This document shows, one piece after another, positions 60,233-64,000 of a DNA stretch of 64,000 nt. This DNA is from Clostridia bacterium. GTDB lineage: Bacteria; Bacillota; Clostridia; Christensenellales; CAG-138. The position numbers were made by a program, and so were the translations under genes. The notes below the pieces were generated by a model that was not told the DNA's origin, ran no database searches, and worked only from the letters and a program-made list of their open reading frames with translations. Every line of letters starts with the position of its first letter. The first letter of the stretch is position 1. The stretch spans positions 35,202 to 99,201 of the forward strand of contig DATMYE010000054.1 of the NCBI GenBank assembly GCA_035561095.1, in the 5' to 3' direction.

Positions 60233-61483
60233 TTATTTGAGCTCTTTGATAACGTCAACGAGCTTCGTGGTGACGGAGGTGCCGTCAGACGCGAAGGACA
60301 GGATGACCGCGCCCTTGGACGGGGTGCCGGTCACGTTGTTGAAGTTGAACGTGCCGGTGACGCCGCTGAAGGTGGTATCCGGGTTGGCAAGCGCGTCACG
60401 GACGGCTGCCGGGTCGGCGGATTTCGCGTTTTCGATCGCGAGCTTGTACATATAGACGGCGTCATATGCCAGCGCGGAGATCGCGTTCGGCGTTTCGCCC
60501 CACATTGCGGTGTAGGCTGCAACAAACGCCTGAACGGCGGGGTCCGTGTCGGTGGGATCATAGTGGTTGGTCCAGTAGACATCGTTGAAGGCGGTCAGGT
60601 CAGCGCCTTCGACCACGTAGCCGGGGGTGCCGTCGTAACCGTCAGCGCCCATGATGATGCCGGTGTAGCCAGCCGCACGAGCCTGGGTGACGATGTAGGG
60701 TCCGATGACGTCGTAGTAATACGGCGCATAGACGAACTGCACACCGGAGCTCGCCATGGCGGCAAACTGGTTGGTGTAATCCTGAACATCCAGAGAAGCG
60801 GTGGATTCAACGGCTTTGATGTTGAGACCATAGGTCGCAGCGGCAGCCGCGAAGGAGTCATACAGACCCTTGGAGTAGGTGTCAGCCGCGCAGTAGACCA
60901 CGCCGACATCGGTGTAGCCCGCGCTCTTGGCGTAGTAGGCTGCGATGGCGCCCTGGAAGCTGTCTGCATAGCAGGCACGGAACACGTAGTCATCTTCGGT
61001 GGTGATGCTGTCGGCCGTTGCGGACGGCGTGAGCAGGACGACGCCTTCCTCGTTGGCAGCTCCGGTGATCGCGGAGGTGCAGCCCGAGGTGACGGAGCCG
61101 ACGATGAGGCCAACGCCCTGCGCGACCAGCGAGTTGAACGCGTTGAGCGTTTCTGCCGGGTCGAACTGGTCATCGGTCTTGATGACGTTGATCTGCTGGC
61201 CGAGGATACCGCCCGCCGCGTTGATTTCGCTGACCGCGAGATCAACCGCGTTGGTCACGGCTGCGCCGTAGACCGCGAGGGCACCGGTGTTCGGCGAGAT
61301 GACGCCGAGGTTGATCGGTTCGCTGAGGGCTGCGGGAGCTTCCGTGGCGTCAGCCGCGGGGGCTTCGGTGGCTTCAGCTGCGGGGGCTTCGGTTGCCTCG
61401 GTGGCTGCCGGGGCGGGTGCTGCGCAGGCGACCACGCTGAACGCGAGGGCCAGGACGAGCAGCAAACTGAGAAGTTTCCTCAT
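60233..61483 (-). CDS. livK: Branched-chain amino acid ABC substrate-binding lipoprotein
   Basis: Lipobox VVAC, Ala/Glu/Pro/Thr linker, TG..A.YG, TPSAT, FRAC..D.FQG, LAYDA. Confidence 0.88.
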   Translation of the reverse strand: MRKLLSLLLVLALAFSVVACAAPAPAATEATEAPAAEATEAPAADATEAPAALSEPINLGVISPNTGALAVYGAAVTNAVDLAVSEINAAGGILGQQINVIKTDDQFDPAETLNAFNSLVAQGVGLIVGSVTSGCTSAITGAANEEGVVLLTPSATADSITTEDDYVFRACYADSFQGAIAAYYAKSAGYTDVGVVYCAADTYSKGLYDSFAAAAATYGLNIKAVESTASLDVQDYTNQFAAMASSGVQFVYAPYYYDVIGPYIVTQARAAGYTGIIMGADGYDGTPGYVVEGADLTAFNDVYWTNHYDPTDTDPAVQAFVAAYTAMWGETPNAISALAYDAVYMYKLAIENAKSADPAAVRDALANPDTTFSGVTGTFNFNNVTGTPSKGAVILSFASDGTSVTTKLVDVIKELK

Positions 61484-61562
61484 TTTGAATTCCTCCTTCG
61501 ATAATAAACAAAAATGGCTATGACTATCCTGTTAATAATCACACGCCAATGTGTTATGCATG

Positions 61563-61591
61563 ATTATAAAGAACGGCGGATGCATTGTCAA
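61563..61591 (-). promoter_or_regulatory. Consensus sigmaA promoter of liv operon 2
   Basis: TTGACA (61591-61586), 17 nt spacer, TATAAT (61568-61563). Confidence 0.82.
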
Positions 61592-62002
61592 TATATTATA
61601 TATGTTTAATTTTATATAATATACCATGTTTTTTCGGATATCCGGCGCCTTTTGACAACAGATCGGTAAACGATTGTATAAAAACAGAAAAACAGCACGA
61701 ATATGCGTTCAAAAGTTACATCGGATAAAATAAAAGTGAGATGCCGCATCTATGCCATTGAGAAAAGCGGCACGCAAAATAGTGCTTTTTTGTTGCGCTG
61801 AAACAAGATTAGGCCGTGGTTTTTCGTGAAAGAAGACTGCATAAAATGCGACCGATAGTATAAATAACCATTCCGAACAACTTCATACGCTTCCGGACAA
61901 AGATATGGCAAGAGAAAAAGAAACTTCCGATAGATTCTTCTGTTATAATGAAGCAATACCGGATGCAGCAAGAAACCCGCTGTGTAAAAAGGAGAAAACA
62001 CC

Positions 62003-62368
62003 ATGTTTCGATTCAATCACTTCAACTTCAACGTCAAAGATCTCAATGTGAGTCTCGACTTCTACAAAAGGGCGCTTGGTCTCGTCCCGCTGCGCACGGT
62101 GGACAACGACGACTTCACGCTCGTGTTTCTGGGCGACGGCAGCGGCACGTTTTCGCTCGAGCTGACCTACCTCAAGGCACGCACGGAAGCGTACGATATC
62201 GGCGAGGCGGAGTTTCACCTTGCGCTGACGGCGGGAGATATGACAGCCGCCCGCAAGCTGCATGAGGAGATGGGCTGCGTTGTGTTTGTCAACGAGAACA
62301 TGGGCATCTATTTCATCGCGGACCCGGACGGATACTGGATCGAGATCATCCCGGAAAAGAAACGGTAA
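62003..62368 (+). CDS. VOC family protein / lactoylglutathione lyase (glyoxalase I-like)
   Basis: FNHFNFNV.DL..SL.FY..ALG, LELTY, HLA, FIADPDGYWIEI. Confidence 0.88.
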   Translation: MFRFNHFNFNVKDLNVSLDFYKRALGLVPLRTVDNDDFTLVFLGDGSGTFSLELTYLKARTEAYDIGEAEFHLALTAGDMTAARKLHEEMGCVVFVNENMGIYFIADPDGYWIEIIPEKKR

Positions 62369-62408
62369 CCAGCACAATATAGAAAAAAGGCACACAACTG
62401 TGTGCCTC

Positions 62409-62442
62409 ATGCCCGCCGGAATGTCCGGCGGGTGTTTTTTTT
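62409..62442 (+). terminator. Intrinsic terminator
   Basis: ATGCCCGCCGGA-ATG-TCCGGCGGGTGT-TTTTTTT. Confidence 0.8.
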
Positions 62443-62452
62443 GCGTTGGAAC

Positions 62453-63241
62453 TTATTCCGAATACGTGTCTTTGACGAAGACAGTCCACGCAGCGTAGAC
62501 CGCAGCTTCATCCGCGCCGAACGCGGCAGGATAGTCGCCGTTCTTTGCAAGCGCCTTGACTGCGTCCCAGCCGTAGGTGTCTGCGAGATATTCGATATAG
62601 GTATAGGAATACTCGTATCCGCCGAAGTTTGCAAAGGTTACGGGCGCAAGCGGGCCGGAGACCCGCGTCTGCTCCAGTGTGGGCAGGGGAGAATACGACG
62701 CGACCGGATAGCTCGGCTTTTGACCGGAGAGATAGCCCGCAAGTCCGTTGTCCACCCAGTAGGTCATATCCGGATTGAGCAGGCTGTTGTAGGCGTGCAC
62801 AAGCTCGTGGAGTGCGGCGGTGCGGTTGTCATCATATGTGTGAGCTGGACCGGGATTCGCGGGCGAGGTCAGAAGAACCTTTGCGCCGATGTTGTCACCG
62901 ATGTACCAGTCGAGGTGCAACAGTGGCGCGATCAGGCCGTATTTCTTCGTCTGCATCACGCTCTGCTGGTCGTAGACGAAAATCTCCACGGATTTCGTCT
63001 GCTGCAATCCAAGTAGATCTGCGAGTTCGCCGCCGCGCGCTTCTGCAAGCGCGAAGACATCCTTCGCCGCAGCTTGCTCGTGTTCGTAAAACACGGTTAC
63101 ATGCGTGCCGGAAAGCTCCCGCATACCTGCCGTTTTGAGCGAGAATGTCGGGACGAAGTTGACGAGCGCAAGCAGCGCAAGCGCCGCAAGCACGAATGCT
63201 GCGGCGCGCAGAATCCTGGAGCATACGGATCGTTTTTTCAT
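62453..63241 (-). CDS. Membrane-anchored peptidase MA-like (HExxH) protein
   Basis: N-terminal TM; ALHELVHAY...WVDNGLAGY...Y..SY..IEYL...YG; start ATG 63241. Confidence 0.7.
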   Translation of the reverse strand: MKKRSVCSRILRAAAFVLAALALLALVNFVPTFSLKTAGMRELSGTHVTVFYEHEQAAAKDVFALAEARGGELADLLGLQQTKSVEIFVYDQQSVMQTKKYGLIAPLLHLDWYIGDNIGAKVLLTSPANPGPAHTYDDNRTAALHELVHAYNSLLNPDMTYWVDNGLAGYLSGQKPSYPVASYSPLPTLEQTRVSGPLAPVTFANFGGYEYSYTYIEYLADTYGWDAVKALAKNGDYPAAFGADEAAVYAAWTVFVKDTYSE

Positions 63242-63260
63242 CGATCTCTCCCGAACCAAT

Positions 63261-64000
63261 TTATTCAAACGAACGGAAATACGTTCTGTCCTTGAGCATG
63301 ACGTCGTGCGCGCCGCCTTCGGCGAGCGTCGCCGCGGAGACGAGCGTTAAGCGCGCTTTTTCGCGCAGTTCGGGGATCGAGAGCGCGCCGCAGTTTGCCA
63401 TCGTGGAACGCACCTTGCTCAGCGTCTGCTCGACATTGTGGTGCAGCGTGCCCGCGTAGGGCACATAGCTGTCCACACCCTCTTCGAAGGTGAGCTTCGC
63501 CTCGCCGCCGCTGTCATAGCGCTGCCAGTTGCGCGCGCGGGCGCTGCCCTCGCCCCAGTATTCCTTCATGTAGCTGCCGTTGATGAAGACCTTGCTCGTC
63601 GGGCTCTCATCGCAGCGGGCGAAATAGCGGCCCAGCATGCAGAAGTCTGCGCCCATCGCGAGCGCGAGCGTGACATGATAGTCCAGCACGATGCCGCCGT
63701 CGGAACAGACGGGCACGTAGATGCCGGTCTCCCTGGCGTATTGATCGCGCGCGGCTGCCACATCCTGCACGGCGGTCGCCTGTCCTCTACCGATGCCCTT
63801 TGCCTCGCGCGTGATGCAGATGCTGCCGCCGCCGATGCCGACCTTGACGAAGTCCGCGCCTGCGTCCGCCAGATAGCGGAAGCCGTCCGCGTCGACGACG
63901 TTGCCCGCGCCGACCTTGACCTTGTCGCCATAGCGGGAGCGGATGAACGCGATCGTGCGCGCCTGCCACTCGGTAAAGCCTTCCGAGGAGTCGATGCAGA
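63261..64000 (-). CDS. guaB: IMP dehydrogenase, 3' part; runs off the window end
   Basis: [50 protein letters not shown]. Confidence 0.93.
   Translation of the reverse strand, partial: CIDSSEGFTEWQARTIAFIRSRYGDKVKVGAGNVVDADGFRYLADAGADFVKVGIGGGSICITREAKGIGRGQATAVQDVAAARDQYARETGIYVPVCSDGGIVLDYHVTLALAMGADFCMLGRYFARCDESPTSKVFINGSYMKEYWGEGSARARNWQRYDSGGEAKLTFEEGVDSYVPYAGTLHHNVEQTLSKVRSTMANCGALSIPELREKARLTLVSAATLAEGGAHDVMLKDRTYFRSFE

Noticed and set aside
61328..61410. Short tandem repeat encoding (EAPAA.AT)n in livK of operon 2
   Set aside because: An ordinary low-complexity lipoprotein tether linker.
61590..61625. Possible dif site
   Set aside because: AT-rich, but it lacks a convincing XerD arm (TTATGTTAAA) at the right spacing and abuts a promoter.

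Overview
A 64 kb chromosomal window from a high-GC anaerobic Firmicute (Clostridia-like, inferred from gene content, sigmaA-type promoters and a Firmicute SOS box). It is mostly core metabolism: dinB (partial), pepF, nfnAB-type oxidoreductase, cca-glnS-gltX-ychF, a CHASE/LytS-type two-component pair, an F-type ATP synthase operon, a monomeric [FeFe]-hydrogenase, class I RNR, DUF523, a LytTR/SHIRT surface-protein locus, two c-di-GMP enzymes, a DUF1858-DUF438-cupin operon, pyrBICFKDE, two liv-type ABC operons, a lysine-riboswitch-controlled ABC transporter, a MarR/heterodimeric ABC exporter and guaB (partial). I saw no rRNA, tRNA, CRISPR array, transposase or prophage. The most notable observations are: (1) a pyr leader with no PyrR site, made of a 96-codon leader ORF running through three tandem intrinsic terminators with pyrimidine-rich tracts, suggesting a multi-stage, translation-coupled attenuator; (2) an ATP synthase with no separate delta gene, where a delta C-terminal-like domain is fused to the N-terminus of alpha; (3) a lysine riboswitch whose P2 arm is cut down to a GAAA tetraloop hairpin; (4) five copies of an AT-rich REP-like palindrome confined to the translation gene cluster. 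All calls come from reading motifs by eye; no database searches were run.
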